DNA of 64,000 bases from Spirochaetes bacterium ADurb.BinA120 (GTDB lineage Bacteria; Spirochaetota; UBA4802; UBA5368): assembly GCA_002069125.1 (NCBI GenBank), contig MVZN01000006.1, forward strand, positions 2,354 through 66,353, written 5' to 3'. The notes beneath the pieces are model-generated. The model had not been told where the DNA came from and ran no database searches. It saw only the letters and a program-made list of their open reading frames with translations. Position numbers and translations under genes: made by a program. How positions within the stretch are numbered: position 1 is the first letter of the stretch; the number at the start of each line of letters is the position of its first letter. Of the stretch, positions 1 to 12,997 are shown in pieces.

Positions 1-733
1 TCAGAGGATAATCCGATGCGAAGAGGATCTTACCCGCCCCGACGATCGAACGCGCCGCCATATAGATATCGTCCCGGTACAGGAACGGCGACGCGGCCGT
101 ATCGTAATACACCCCTTCGAACGCCTCCCTTACCTCGGGCATAAGCTCATAGAACAGTATTCCGCCTCCCCAGTGGGCCAGCACCACCGGGTGCCCCCGA
201 ACGGCGCGTATGGCCTCGTAGAGCGCCGCGAAGTCGCTTGCGTACTTGCCGGCGTAGAAATGCCCGACCGGCTCGTTAACGTGCAGGCAGACGGGCAGAG
301 CCGCCTCCCGTGCGGCCGAAAGAATAGCCGAGAGCAGCCCGGCCGATTCGGCCCCAAGGCCTTCCGAATAGAAGGAGATCTCGCCGATCCCTAGGAAACC
401 GTCTGCGCGCGCGAGGCCTATGTCCCGATCGACCTCGTCCGCGTCCTTTGCACTCAGGCCGCGGAACGGGATTATGCGCCCCCCGGAAGCGTGCGCGGAT
501 TCAAGCAGGTACTCGTTGTGCCTTGAAAGGCGGTCAGGGTCGGCCCACGGAAATCCCATCACCACCGCCGCGTCGATACCGTTTTCATCGAGGGCGCTTA
601 AAAGTTCTCCGGCGGTAGCCATGCGGGCTTTCGGAGAGGAATACAGGATGCCGAAGTCGGTGTCGTCGAAATGGCCATCCCGGTCGCGGACCACACTCTC
701 CGGAAAAATATGGGTATGAAAATCTATTCGCAT
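1..733 (-). CDS. Amidohydrolase family protein (amidohydro_2-like), truncated at the left edge of the window
   Basis: Translated by hand because it is not in the ORF track: ATG at 733 gives MRIDFHTHIFP (HxH metal motif) ...GIDAAVVMGFPW..., and the frame is still open at position 2 with KILFASDYPL (xSDYP motif). Confidence 0.85.
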   Translation of the reverse strand, partial: MRIDFHTHIFPESVVRDRDGHFDDTDFGILYSSPKARMATAGELLSALDENGIDAAVVMGFPWADPDRLSRHNEYLLESAHASGGRIIPFRGLSAKDADEVDRDIGLARADGFLGIGEISFYSEGLGAESAGLLSAILSAAREAALPVCLHVNEPVGHFYAGKYASDFAALYEAIRAVRGHPVVLAHWGGGILFYELMPEVREAFEGVYYDTAASPFLYRDDIYMAARSIVGAGKILFASDYPL

Positions 734-965
734 GCTCAAAATCTACCCCATCCGCCCGCGTTCGCAAGGACTTTACGGTCCGGCCGTCCTCCCGTCATGT
801 TTTTTATTTGCCTTTTCATTATCGAGCCTTTAGCCTTTTTTAAGGATGGTCCTTTGGGCGCCGGACGACAATAATTCCGGCCTCCGAAAAGAAAGGCCCT
901 TCAGGAAAAACCCGGAAGGGCCCGATCAATCGACATCCGAACTACAAACCGGAGGGATCGAAACG

Positions 966-2507
966 ATGAAAGGGCTCGCGTGTATTACGGCATTGCCGGC
1001 TCTCATACTGGCGGCATCCATCTCCGCAATCCTCGTCGCTCAGGTGCTTCCCCTCCAGGTGGATAAGATCGTAAACATGGGCCCGGAGATCAACACCCCT
1101 TTCGACGATTTCGCCCCTTCCTTCACCGCCGACGGAAACACAATGGTATTCAACTCAAAGCGCCTGGGCGAGCCATACCAGAATATCTATATATGCCGGA
1201 GAGAGGGCGGTCGATGGACCGAGGCCCGCGCCATCGCCGAGATCAACTCACCGTACAACGACGAGACCCCTTTTATCACCCCGGATGGGGCCTTTATTTT
1301 CTTTGCCTCCGACAGGGACGGCAGCCTCGAAATGCCGGCCGACGCTTCCGGCAGGATCCGGGTATCCTATGATATTTACGTCAGCCAGAACATCCAAGGC
1401 CGATGGCAGCGCCCAATACGCCTCCCGGGAACGGTAAACACGGCCCATCACGAGCGCTCCCCCTGCCTGAGCCGGGACATGACGGCACTCTACTATACTA
1501 CGTGGCCATTCGGCAACATCGAACGCGCCTATATCATGAGCGCTGAATACCGCGAGGACAACGGCGACGGCTCTTTCGTAAATCCCAGACCCATGCCTTC
1601 GCCGATCAACACCGGACAGCAGGACATCAGCCTAAGCCCCGCTCCCGACGGAAAGGGCTTTTTCTTCTCTTCCCGCCGCCCAGGCGGATACGGCGGATGG
1701 GACCTCTATTTCGCCCCGCTCGAAGACGGACGTATCGGCCCTCCGGTAAACTTGGGGCCGGGGATAAACTCGCCCGGCAACGACGTTCACCTGTCCATCA
1801 TCGGCGATAGCCTTTATTTCTGCTCCAATCGGGAAGGCGGCATGGGGCTATACGATATCTATAGCTCAACCATCGTAAAGGCGGAGCCGCTTACGATCAT
1901 CGTCCGCGATAAAAAGACGGGCAAACCCGTCGAGACCGAGCTCAATCTGTTCACCAGGGTCGAGCGGGAGGGCGCGGAGGCGCTCACCGCGGAGCTCAAG
2001 AAGAGGACCGATTCCAGAGGGCGGGCTACGATCACCTACAACCCGGCGGTAAAATCCATAGACCTGAATATCAGCGAGAAGGGCTATCTTCCGCTCTTCG
2101 AAACCATAGACATAGTTAGGGCCGCGGGCAAACCCCTTGTGCTGGAGCTTTCACCGATCGAAAAAGAGGCGCGTTTCGATATTCACGCCATTCACTTCGA
2201 CTTCGAATCGGCCCGAATCAAGCCCGAATCGATTCCCTATCTGGACGCGCTGGCGGATTACTTAAAAAAGAGCCCATCCCTGCGTTTTCAGATCGTTGGG
2301 CACACCGACCTTCACGGGGCTGATTCTTTTAATAAAAAGCTGAGCCTCGAGCGCGCCCGTGCGGTCAGGGACTATCTGGTAAATAAGGGAATTGACGCCT
2401 CGAGACTCACGGTCCGGGGCGCAGGGGCGTCCGAGCCCAAGGTCCACAAAAAGGGCCCCGGCCATGATGAGCAGAACCGGCGCACGGAATTCCGGCTCAT
2501 AGAATGA
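966..2507 (+). CDS. OmpA family protein with N-terminal PD40/WD40-like beta-propeller repeats
   Basis: Signal-peptide-like N-terminus after ATG 966; repeated 'G.EINT.F.DFAPSFT.DG..M.F.S.R' units; C-terminal OmpA domain (IHFDFESARIK, IVGHTD, LSLERARAV, NRRTEF). Confidence 0.85.
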   Translation: MKGLACITALPALILAASISAILVAQVLPLQVDKIVNMGPEINTPFDDFAPSFTADGNTMVFNSKRLGEPYQNIYICRREGGRWTEARAIAEINSPYNDETPFITPDGAFIFFASDRDGSLEMPADASGRIRVSYDIYVSQNIQGRWQRPIRLPGTVNTAHHERSPCLSRDMTALYYTTWPFGNIERAYIMSAEYREDNGDGSFVNPRPMPSPINTGQQDISLSPAPDGKGFFFSSRRPGGYGGWDLYFAPLEDGRIGPPVNLGPGINSPGNDVHLSIIGDSLYFCSNREGGMGLYDIYSSTIVKAEPLTIIVRDKKTGKPVETELNLFTRVEREGAEALTAELKKRTDSRGRATITYNPAVKSIDLNISEKGYLPLFETIDIVRAAGKPLVLELSPIEKEARFDIHAIHFDFESARIKPESIPYLDALADYLKKSPSLRFQIVGHTDLHGADSFNKKLSLERARAVRDYLVNKGIDASRLTVRGAGASEPKVHKKGPGHDEQNRRTEFRLIE

Positions 2508-2570
2508 ACAGGGTGTTCTAAGACATATAAAAGGCGAAACTATCGGGGGGATTCTATCGATTATTAAACT

Positions 2571-4118
2571 ATGGATAGACCGCCCAGCTTCATCGTGGAA
2601 GCCTCGCGTGAAGGCCTGCCCACCTTAGCCGTGCCGCGGGGCGGATCGCGCACCTATCTGCACAGCAGGATATCCCCTTCCCGCGAGGGCTCATCTCTCG
2701 AGGCCGAATTCCACCCCGAAAGATACGATGTACTCGTTGTTTTAGGCGTCGGATTGGGCTATCACCTGCTGCCCCTGACCGCCGAGGGCATCAACTACCG
2801 CCGGATTCTACTCATCGACATTCTGCCCGGCATAGAAAATGAAATCGCGCGAAACCCACTCACCTCCTTCCTGAATGGGCCGAAAACTCGGCTTTTATCC
2901 GGTGCTTCATCGGAAGAAATTGAGGGGATCCTGTTCGATCTACTGGACACGGGAGTGGAAAGGGGAATCCAGGTTATAGAGCACCCCCCCTCCATACGCC
3001 TCTTTCCGGAGTATTACGGAAGGGTCAAAGAGATTGTCCAGAGGGCTGTCGACCGTTTCGGGGGGAATAGAGCGACAAAGGCCGCCTTCGGACCGCGCTA
3101 TCTCCGCAACGCCATCCTCAACCTGACCGCCATCGATCGCTTCGTGCCGGTCTCCTCGCTGTTCGGCCGTCTTTCCGGCCTGCCCGGAGTCGTAGTCACC
3201 TCCGGTCCGACGCTCGATGGGGTTGTACCACATCTGAGAAAGGCGCGCTCGCGCGTCGTTGTCCTCGCGGTGGACTCGGCCGTTTCCTCGCTTTCCGCCG
3301 CCGGCATCATCCCCGATCTCGCCGTCTCCATCGATCCCCAGCAACACGTCTTAGAACACTTTGCGCACGCCTGGCCCGATTCGCTCGCTACCGTCTTTTC
3401 GACGACCTCCTATCCGCTCGCGCCGCGCCGGCAGGCCGGTTACATCTCGCTCAACTCGCATCCGGCATCCCAGCTTCTCGATGAATTGCGCCCCGGCTCG
3501 ATCGGCTCAATCGACTCCCTTACCGGGACGGTTGCCGGGGACGCCCTGCTTCTGGCCCATCGCCTCGGACTCTCCCCCATAGCACTTGCCGGATTCGATT
3601 TCTGTTTTACCGACCACGCCATCTACGCCCGAAACAGCGCCTATCAGCGGCGTTTCGCGCTGTACTTTCAGAACCGCTTTCATCCGGTGGAATCGCAAAA
3701 CCTGTCTTACATCTTCAAGTCAAGCGGGGGGCATCTCGTAGACGGACGCTTCAGCAGGAGGTCGTTCGAGGCCTACCGCTCCTCGATCGAATCGCTCCTA
3801 AGACGGGAATCCATTCGGAATATCCACCGGCTCGAACCTACCGGCGTGAGGCTACAGGGGGCCGACGAGCTCTCCGCCGAGCGCTTTTTCGAGGGAATCC
3901 AACATTCAACAGCGATCGAAGCCGTACCCGCCCTTCCATTACCTACCCCTATCAAGCCGGAAAGGCCCTTTTTTGGAGATCTAAGGGAGGTCCTGTCCGA
4001 AGATGATGTTCTGGGGCGCCTTATCACGGCATCGCTTGGCGAGGGCGCCCCTCGCGCGGTCGTAGAATCGGCAAGACGAAAGATGACGCACATGCTCGAA
4101 ATGGAGAAAAAGGAATGA
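2571..4118 (+). CDS. Motility-associated factor (Maf/DUF115, MptE-like) glycosyltransferase family protein
   Basis: Motifs VVVTSGPTL, LAVDSA, SIDP and LAGFDF are typical of the DUF115/Maf family. Confidence 0.7.
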   Translation: MDRPPSFIVEASREGLPTLAVPRGGSRTYLHSRISPSREGSSLEAEFHPERYDVLVVLGVGLGYHLLPLTAEGINYRRILLIDILPGIENEIARNPLTSFLNGPKTRLLSGASSEEIEGILFDLLDTGVERGIQVIEHPPSIRLFPEYYGRVKEIVQRAVDRFGGNRATKAAFGPRYLRNAILNLTAIDRFVPVSSLFGRLSGLPGVVVTSGPTLDGVVPHLRKARSRVVVLAVDSAVSSLSAAGIIPDLAVSIDPQQHVLEHFAHAWPDSLATVFSTTSYPLAPRRQAGYISLNSHPASQLLDELRPGSIGSIDSLTGTVAGDALLLAHRLGLSPIALAGFDFCFTDHAIYARNSAYQRRFALYFQNRFHPVESQNLSYIFKSSGGHLVDGRFSRRSFEAYRSSIESLLRRESIRNIHRLEPTGVRLQGADELSAERFFEGIQHSTAIEAVPALPLPTPIKPERPFFGDLREVLSEDDVLGRLITASLGEGAPRAVVESARRKMTHMLEMEKKE

Positions 4119-4711
4119 AGATCGGCGTAACTGGAATATTCGCCTCGGGCAAAGGAACGGTGTGCGCCATGTTCGAGGAACTCGGCGCCCGCGTTATAGA
4201 TACGGACATCATCGCGCGGGATGTGGTAGAGCCCGGCACGGAGGGCCTCCTCCGACTCGTCGAGGAATTCGGTCCGGGCATCCTCGCCGAGGACGGTGCG
4301 CTCGACCGAAGGGGCTTCGCGAGGCTCGTGTTCAAGGACAGCCAAAGCGTCAAGCGCCTCAACGCTATAACACATCCCCTCATTTTACGGAGGGTCACGG
4401 AGATATTTCAAAGCGATCCAGGCGCCGTTTTCATGGTAAATACCCCGCTCCTCTTTGAAAGCGGCTTCGACCGGTTGATGGACTACAATATCGTTGTCAC
4501 GGCCGACACCGACCAGGTCCTCGAACGGGGGGAGCTGCGCGACAATATCAGCAGAGAGGAGATACAGGAACGGCTTAAAAACCAAATTTCTCTCAATGAA
4601 AAGATTGAAAGGGCCGATTATGTAATCGACAATTCGGGCGCTCTGGAAAACACCAGGAGGCAGGTAGTAGAGATATGGAACACTTTGACGAATTCCACCA
4701 GAAGGGAATAA
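4115..4711 (+). CDS. coaE: Dephospho-CoA kinase
   Basis: IGVTGIFASGKGTV P-loop, IDTD..AR, LNAITHPLI, PLLFE, ADYVIDNSG; ATGA overlap with the upstream gene. Confidence 0.95.
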   Translation: MKIGVTGIFASGKGTVCAMFEELGARVIDTDIIARDVVEPGTEGLLRLVEEFGPGILAEDGALDRRGFARLVFKDSQSVKRLNAITHPLILRRVTEIFQSDPGAVFMVNTPLLFESGFDRLMDYNIVVTADTDQVLERGELRDNISREEIQERLKNQISLNEKIERADYVIDNSGALENTRRQVVEIWNTLTNSTRRE

Positions 4712-5469
4712 AAGAGAAGAGCATGTACACCGTCAATCTCGACACGCCGCGAATCATCATCGTCGCATCGGTCGCGATCGGGGTGATAGTCATATCATTT
4801 CTCCTCGGAATGAACCTGTACAAGTCGCATGAAAAGCCCGGTGACATCGTCGCCGGAAGGGACTCCGTCCTCGATCTGCCCGCGGACTCGATCTCCCCGG
4901 CGAAGCTTCCATCGGGGGATGAAAACATGATGAACGCGCAGTCCGAGATCGACAGACTACTGGCCCCGGGGGCCGCCGAAAAGGACAGGACAGCCCCGGC
5001 CAAAATCAACGAGTTCGCGGCGATGGAAAAGCATTCGCCCTCGCATGACCTGCTGACCTCCGAGGCCATCAAGGAGATAATACCCCCCACGCCCGATTCC
5101 ACAAAGGCTATGCTGCCCGCTGAAACCAACAAGCCGGAAAAGAAACAGGCGGTCAAAAAAAGAGAGAAACCGCGGAAACAAAAAACTGTGGAGGTCGTTT
5201 CGGTGGACCAAAAGGCCACGGCCCGCGCCGCGAGGGGGGAATACTCGGTACAGGTTGCCTCCTTCGACAAGAAGGCGAAAGCCGAGGCGGAGATAGAAAA
5301 CCTTAAAAAAATGAACTTCGACGCCTATGTGGACCGGGCGAGGATAAGCGGAAAAAACTTTTTCAGGGTGCGCATCGGGCCCATCGCCACAAAGGGCCGC
5401 GCCATCGACATCCTGAACGAGATACAGGATGATTCGCGCTACGCCGAGAGCTATATCGTGAGGGAGTGA
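4675..5469 (+). CDS. Membrane-anchored SPOR domain protein (FtsN/DedD-like architecture)
   Basis: Single TM helix, low-complexity linker, C-terminal SPOR domain (YSVQVASF...A...L....FRVRIGP). Start uncertain (4675 or 4722). Confidence 0.8.
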   Translation: MEHFDEFHQKGIKEKSMYTVNLDTPRIIIVASVAIGVIVISFLLGMNLYKSHEKPGDIVAGRDSVLDLPADSISPAKLPSGDENMMNAQSEIDRLLAPGAAEKDRTAPAKINEFAAMEKHSPSHDLLTSEAIKEIIPPTPDSTKAMLPAETNKPEKKQAVKKREKPRKQKTVEVVSVDQKATARAARGEYSVQVASFDKKAKAEAEIENLKKMNFDAYVDRARISGKNFFRVRIGPIATKGRAIDILNEIQDDSRYAESYIVRE

Positions 5470-5491
5470 GCGCGCCGAACTTTTACCGAAT

Positions 5492-5521
5492 CGAAAGAGC
5501 GCGGTTTCCCGCGCTCTTTCG
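5492..5521. terminator. Bidirectional intrinsic terminator between the convergent SPOR gene and gyrA
   Basis: Perfect 13-bp stem CGAAAGAGCGCGG-TTTC-CCGCGCTCTTTCG. Confidence 0.75.
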
Positions 5522-5541
5522 TACTCCGGACCCGCCTACGA

Positions 5542-8001
5542 TTACAGCTCTTCGGAGATGACCGCGAAATCGGTAACCATGTCATTCTCGCCAAGCTCGA
5601 GCAGTTTCACCCCGACCGTGGCCCTCCCCTGAACGGATACATCCTGAGCCAAAAGCCGGATGGTCATTCCCGCCTTCGAGGCGATGATTATCTCATCCTT
5701 CGGAAATACCGAGCGGATACCCGAGGCCGGGCCGTTTTTATCCGAAACCTTCAGATACGCCATTCCCTTGCCGCCCCTGCCCTTGGTCGCGAAGTTACGG
5801 TAATCCATCTTCTTTCCGTAGCCTCCCTCGGTGACCACGAAGAGGGACGAGTTCTTCTTTACCACGTCCATCCCGATCACCATATCGCCGGCGGAAAGGC
5901 GCATTCCGATTATGCCGGACGAGTTCCGACCCATCGGACGCATTGAACGGATATTGGTCCTTACGAGAAGCCCCTTGCGCGAGGCGATAACGACATCGTC
6001 ATCCCCTCTGACGAGCTTGACCTCGGAGAGTTCGTCCTCCTTTTTTAGATTTATCGCGATTATACCGCCCTTTCTGGCGTTTCGAAAATCCTCTATCGAG
6101 GTCTTTTTCAATATTCCGCCCTTGGTCACCATGCAGATATACATTTCACTTTCAAGGTCGGGGACGGCGCATATTGCGGTGATGTCCTCCCCCGAGGAGA
6201 GGTTGATCATTCCCTTGAGCGATTTTCCGCGGCTTGTCTTAGAGGCCTCCGGGAGTTCATAGGTCTTCATGCCGAAGATCTTCCCCTTGTTCGAGAAGAG
6301 GAAAATGGTGTCGTGAGTGGCGGCGACCATCATCACCTTGATGAAGTCCTCCCGCTTGGACGACATCCCCGTCACCCCCTTGCCGCCGCGGCGCTGTTTT
6401 TTAAACGTGTCGACGGCGAGGCGGCGGATAAACCCGTCGTTTGTGACCGTCACCACCATATCCTCGTCGGCGATGAGGTCCTCCACATCGAACGAGGTGG
6501 AGGACTCGGCGCCCACCAGTATCTCGGTCCGACGCTGATCGGAAAATTTCGTCTTAACGGCCGAAAGCTCGTCCTTTACGATGCCGAGAATGCGCTTGTC
6601 GCTCTTCAGTATGGCCTTGAGCTCCTCGATCAGCTTCAGGAGGTCCCGCAGTTCCTCGACGATTTTTTTGACCTCCAGGCTGGTAAGCCGCTGCAGGCGC
6701 ATCTCGAGTATCGCCTTCGACTGTACGGGCGAGAGTTTAAAACGCTTTCTAAGCCGCTCGTCGGCCTCGTCGACCGTTTTGGACGAGCGGATGATGCTTA
6801 TAACCTCGTCGATATTGTCCAGTGCGATCTTTAGCCCCTGCAGGATATGCGCCCTTTCCTCGGCGCGCTTCAGTTCGAACTGGGTCCTGCGCGTCACCAC
6901 CACTTTACGGTGAAGGATGTAATTTGAAAGCAGGCCCTTAAGGTCGAGCACCTTCGGCTCGTTGTTGACCAGGGCGAGCTGGATGATGCCGATCGACGTT
7001 TGAAGCGGGGTATGCTTGTAAAGCTGGTTTAGGATGATGTTGCTGTTGGCGTCCTTTTTAAGGCCGATAACTATTCGAAGGCCCGAACGGTCGGACTCAT
7101 CGCGTAGCTCCGCGATGCCTTCGAGCTCCTTGTTGTTGACCATATCGGCTATTCGGGTTACGAGCGCGGCCTTGTTGACCTGATATGGTATTTCACTTAC
7201 AATGATGGTCTCACGCCCCTTTTTGTCCTCCTCTATATCCACCCTTCCCCGCACCACGACGCTGCCCCGACCGGTCGAATAGGCCTTTGCGATTCCGTCG
7301 GAACCCATGATGATTCCGCCGGTCGGTAGGTCCGGCCCTTTGATAATCTTCATGAGCTGGCGAATTGTTATATCCGGGTTGTCGATAAGCGCGATGGTGC
7401 CGTCGATCACCTCCCCCAGATTGTGCGGGGGGATATTCGTCGCCATGCCGACCGCGATACCGGAGGAACCGTTTACAAGCAGATTGGGATACGCCGCGGG
7501 GAGCACGGTCGGCTCCTTCCGCGATTCGTCGAAATTGGCGACGAAGTCGACGGTCTCCTTGTCGATATCCTTAAGGAGCTCCTCGGCCAGAGTGGCCAGC
7601 CGCGCCTCTGTGTACCGGTAGGCCGCCGGGGGATCGCCGTCCACGGACCCGTAGTTTCCCTGTCCGTCAATAAGCTGTATACGCATGGAAAAATCCTGGG
7701 CCATTCGAACCATCGTATCGTACACGGCCGCGTCGCCGTGCGGGTGGAAGTTGCCTATGACCTCACCGACTATCTTGGCCGATTTTACATAAGGCCGGTC
7801 GCTTCTCCATGCGCGCTCGTTCATGGCGTGGAGAATCCGCCGGTGCACCGGCTTGAGGCCGTCACGCACGTCAGGAAGCGCCCTGCCCATTATGACGCTC
7901 ATGGCATAGGCCAGATAGGCGTCCTTCATCTGGTCTTCGATCTCGATGTTGATGATCTTCTGAAACAGGTCCCTGCCCTCTTTGGAGTCCTTCTTCGCCA
8001 C
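5542..8001 (-). CDS. gyrA: DNA gyrase subunit A
   Basis: [23 protein letters not shown], catalytic [10 protein letters not shown], GyrA-box QRRGGKG. GTG start at 8001 chosen from an upstream GGAGG (the ORF track starts at 8022). Confidence 0.98.
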   Translation of the reverse strand: MAKKDSKEGRDLFQKIINIEIEDQMKDAYLAYAMSVIMGRALPDVRDGLKPVHRRILHAMNERAWRSDRPYVKSAKIVGEVIGNFHPHGDAAVYDTMVRMAQDFSMRIQLIDGQGNYGSVDGDPPAAYRYTEARLATLAEELLKDIDKETVDFVANFDESRKEPTVLPAAYPNLLVNGSSGIAVGMATNIPPHNLGEVIDGTIALIDNPDITIRQLMKIIKGPDLPTGGIIMGSDGIAKAYSTGRGSVVVRGRVDIEEDKKGRETIIVSEIPYQVNKAALVTRIADMVNNKELEGIAELRDESDRSGLRIVIGLKKDANSNIILNQLYKHTPLQTSIGIIQLALVNNEPKVLDLKGLLSNYILHRKVVVTRRTQFELKRAEERAHILQGLKIALDNIDEVISIIRSSKTVDEADERLRKRFKLSPVQSKAILEMRLQRLTSLEVKKIVEELRDLLKLIEELKAILKSDKRILGIVKDELSAVKTKFSDQRRTEILVGAESSTSFDVEDLIADEDMVVTVTNDGFIRRLAVDTFKKQRRGGKGVTGMSSKREDFIKVMMVAATHDTIFLFSNKGKIFGMKTYELPEASKTSRGKSLKGMINLSSGEDITAICAVPDLESEMYICMVTKGGILKKTSIEDFRNARKGGIIAINLKKEDELSEVKLVRGDDDVVIASRKGLLVRTNIRSMRPMGRNSSGIIGMRLSAGDMVIGMDVVKKNSSLFVVTEGGYGKKMDYRNFATKGRGGKGMAYLKVSDKNGPASGIRSVFPKDEIIIASKAGMTIRLLAQDVSVQGRATVGVKLLELGENDMVTDFAVISEEL

Positions 8002-8047
8002 GTCCGGTTCTTCCTCCGTCAATCGTTCTGTACCGCCTGGACGGCCG

Positions 8048-10177
<2,130 letters not shown>

Positions 10178-10178
<1 letters not shown>

Positions 10179-10549
10179 CACACTTTACCCCTGCCGTTAC
10201 CGACATGCGAAGGCCTCGCTGCAAAGACGTCTCTTCTCACCAGGACCCTTAGATCTCTAAGCCCTGCAACGGAGCACTCGGATGAAACCCTTTCGAGAAT
10301 GGCCTCACGCATCATGCTTATCTCGCCCGCGTACACGTTGTGGTCGACAGCGATATACAGGACTCCAGACTGGATACGGTCGGGAAAGCTGTGGGTGGCG
10401 ATGAGCTCACCGACTACCGAGGGCCACTTCGCCCGGACGGCCTCAACGAGAAACTCCTCGCTTAAATTGAACCGCTCCAAAATCGACTCGACCAATACGC
10501 CGAATCGCGTCGGTTTTTTGATTCTATCTTCCCTGATCCTGAATTTCAT
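10178..10549 (-). CDS. dciA: DUF721 domain protein, DciA-type replicative helicase loader
   Basis: W..VVG..IA.HS.P..I..GVLYIAVD...YA.E pattern of DUF721; located directly downstream of recF. Confidence 0.8.
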
Positions 10550-11652
10550 TCAGCGCGCACCGCCCCAGAGGGCCCTGTTTTGAACATGCGCGCGTTGCTG
10601 AAAGCGATGGTATCGAGGGATCCCGTGTTTACCATGGTGAAAATAACCTGGTTTTCACCATGCAGCGACTCAACGAGGTTCTCCCTTCTTTCAGCGTCGA
10701 GCTCCGAAAAAACATCGTCAATCATAACGACCACCCTTTCGCCGGTTGCCTTCTCGATTGAAATTCGCTCGGCGTTCTTCAAGGCGATAGAGGCTGTCCT
10801 CTTCTGGCCCTGGGACGAACAGGCCGAAAAAAGACGACCGTTCTCATGATAAAGAATATAATCATCCCTGTGGGGCCCGGCGGTGGTCGTTCCGGCGGCA
10901 ATGTCTTTCTTTCTCAAACCAAGTATTTTATCGTTAATCCCCTGTATCGTAAGGTCTCCAAAGCAGCACTGATAGCCGAGGGATGGAACGCTGTCACCGC
11001 CCGCGATTCCGCTGTACGCATCACGGAAAGAGGGCGTGAAAGAGGAAATAAAATCCATTCTTTTTTTCAATATGCCATAGGAGCTTTCGGCCAGCATATT
11101 GTCCCACACATCGAGTTCGGCTTCGGTCCCTCTACTATCCGCTATGGATTTCAACAGCCTGTTTCTCGAGGAGAGTATCTTCCTGAACTCCCCCAGCATG
11201 GACAGATACTCACGGTCTATGCGGGCCAGAATAGCGTCGAAGAAACGCCTTCTTAGCTCTGGCGCGCCATTTAATATCAATATATCACAGGGCGAATAAA
11301 TAACAGTAAGAAGCCTGCCAAAGTAATCCGAGACCCTATGGATCTCGCGGCCATCCACCTTGGCCTTCTTTCTCGAAAATCCGGGTGAGGACGCGTATCC
11401 AATTTCGATCTGCCTGAAGGGCGAATCGCCCAAGAACAGTCCGCAGAAATAGGACTCCTCCCCCCATTTTACCATTTCCGAATCAGCGGCGCCTCTGAAG
11501 GAGCGGATATTGGCCGCCACGGAAATTGCCTCCAGTATGTTCGTCTTGCCGCTGCCGTTCGGCCCCACGATGAAATTGGTTCCTTCTGAAAACTCGATCT
11601 CCAGGTTATCGTAGTTTCGAAACCTCTTCAAGACGATGCTTTCAACGAACAT
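10546..11652 (-). CDS. recF: DNA replication/repair protein RecF
   Basis: FRNY, GPNGSGKTNILEAI Walker A, P.LRRRFFD, GPHRDD, SQGQKR, MIDDVFSELD. Confidence 0.97.
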   Translation of the reverse strand: MFVESIVLKRFRNYDNLEIEFSEGTNFIVGPNGSGKTNILEAISVAANIRSFRGAADSEMVKWGEESYFCGLFLGDSPFRQIEIGYASSPGFSRKKAKVDGREIHRVSDYFGRLLTVIYSPCDILILNGAPELRRRFFDAILARIDREYLSMLGEFRKILSSRNRLLKSIADSRGTEAELDVWDNMLAESSYGILKKRMDFISSFTPSFRDAYSGIAGGDSVPSLGYQCCFGDLTIQGINDKILGLRKKDIAAGTTTAGPHRDDYILYHENGRLFSACSSQGQKRTASIALKNAERISIEKATGERVVVMIDDVFSELDAERRENLVESLHGENQVIFTMVNTGSLDTIAFSNARMFKTGPSGAVRAE

Positions 11653-11703
11653 TTTACAGACCCTTACAAACGGAGCCGCAAACATGGCATATGGACATAT
11701 CGT

Positions 11704-12825
11704 CTACGAAGACTTCACCTGAATCGGCATAATGACTGAAAGGCAATCCGGATCGCCTTCAGGCATTATCGTTACCGGGCTCATCTGGCCCGTAAGACCT
11801 ATCGATATGGAATTTGCGTCCAGGTCCTTCAGGGAATCCATCAGGAACTGGGCGTTTATTCCTATCTGCAGCGTCTCTTTCGCGTTCGACTCAATGGGTA
11901 TCTCCTCGCTCGATTCGCCGAGGTCCTGCGTTTTGGCCTCGACGAGCAGGCTGTCGCTGTTGAAACTTAGTATTATCTTGTTCGCAGGTTCCTTTGTAAA
12001 TACCATCGCCCTTCTCACCGAATCCATCAGTCGCTTCGTCTCCATGACGGCCGTGATACCCTGCTCTTTTGGAATGACCTGCCGAAAGTTCGGGAATTGT
12101 CCCTCGACTATTCTAGAGACCAGGTCCGTCTCGCCGACCTTGAAAAAACACTGGTTCTCGAAAAAGGAAAAGCTGCACATACCGCCGGAAAGCAATCTTA
12201 CTATCTCGTTCACGGTCTTAAGGGGAATTATCACGCCCTCGGGGAGCTGGGTCTCGTTTTCAACGTCCCTTGTAACCATCGATAGACGCCTCGAATCGGT
12301 CGCCACCACGGTCAGCCTTCCCTTTCGCTCGGAAACCATGTAAATGCCGTTGAAGACCGGTTTTATCGTATCGATAGCTGCCGCATGCAGTACCTTCCTG
12401 AGCATGTCCTTCAATACACTCTGACCGATCTCGACGGCGTTCTCTCCGTCGAAAAAAGGCACAGCCGGGTAATCATCCTTCGATGTCCCGACAAGCGTAT
12501 AAAGGGCCTTGATGTCCTTTGACTTCGTCTTGATATTTACCTGATATGAATTGCCGACTTCAACGACGACTTCCCCCTTGGGCAACTCCTTCAGTATGCC
12601 GGCGAACCTTTTACCGTTGGCGGTAAGGGCCATATCTCCATCGGCTACCGCGTCGAGACGTGTACGTATCCCTATTTCATTGTCCGTCGATATAATTTCC
12701 ATATAATCGCGGGTTATGTTGAAAAGACAGTTCGAAAGGACGGTGTTGACGTTCTTGCTCGATATTATCGAGTCGGCGATCATTATAGACCGCTGCAGTG
12801 AATCCTTGTCGATTGTCAGAATCAT
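11704..12825 (-). CDS. dnaN: DNA polymerase III beta sliding clamp
   Basis: STDNEIG, VATDSRRLS, VIIP.K, G.FPNFRQVIP, IGINAQFL.D, VIMPI; lies between dnaA and recF. Confidence 0.97.
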   Translation of the reverse strand: MILTIDKDSLQRSIMIADSIISSKNVNTVLSNCLFNITRDYMEIISTDNEIGIRTRLDAVADGDMALTANGKRFAGILKELPKGEVVVEVGNSYQVNIKTKSKDIKALYTLVGTSKDDYPAVPFFDGENAVEIGQSVLKDMLRKVLHAAAIDTIKPVFNGIYMVSERKGRLTVVATDSRRLSMVTRDVENETQLPEGVIIPLKTVNEIVRLLSGGMCSFSFFENQCFFKVGETDLVSRIVEGQFPNFRQVIPKEQGITAVMETKRLMDSVRRAMVFTKEPANKIILSFNSDSLLVEAKTQDLGESSEEIPIESNAKETLQIGINAQFLMDSLKDLDANSISIGLTGQMSPVTIMPEGDPDCLSVIMPIQVKSS

Positions 12826-12930
12826 ATCCTTCTCCGTCTTAAAGATTTTTATTTATCCGCCGTAAACCGCTACATGCGGGCGTTCCACCGGGATGATAAA
12901 TGGAAGGCTGCCCGCGGGTTTAACGGCACT

Positions 12931-12997
12931 GTTATTAATAATATAAAAAAATAATTATATTTCGTAATAGTAGTAGTGCCTTGGGATATGTTGATAA
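12931..12997 (-). other. oriC unwinding region: tandem DnaA boxes, GC spacer, DnaA-trios, AT-rich element
   Basis: Minus strand reads TTATCAACA TATCCCAA GGCAC TACTACTATTAC GAAATATAATTATTTTTTTATATTATTAATAAC, immediately upstream of dnaN. This is the same order as the B. subtilis basal unwinding system. Confidence 0.8.
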
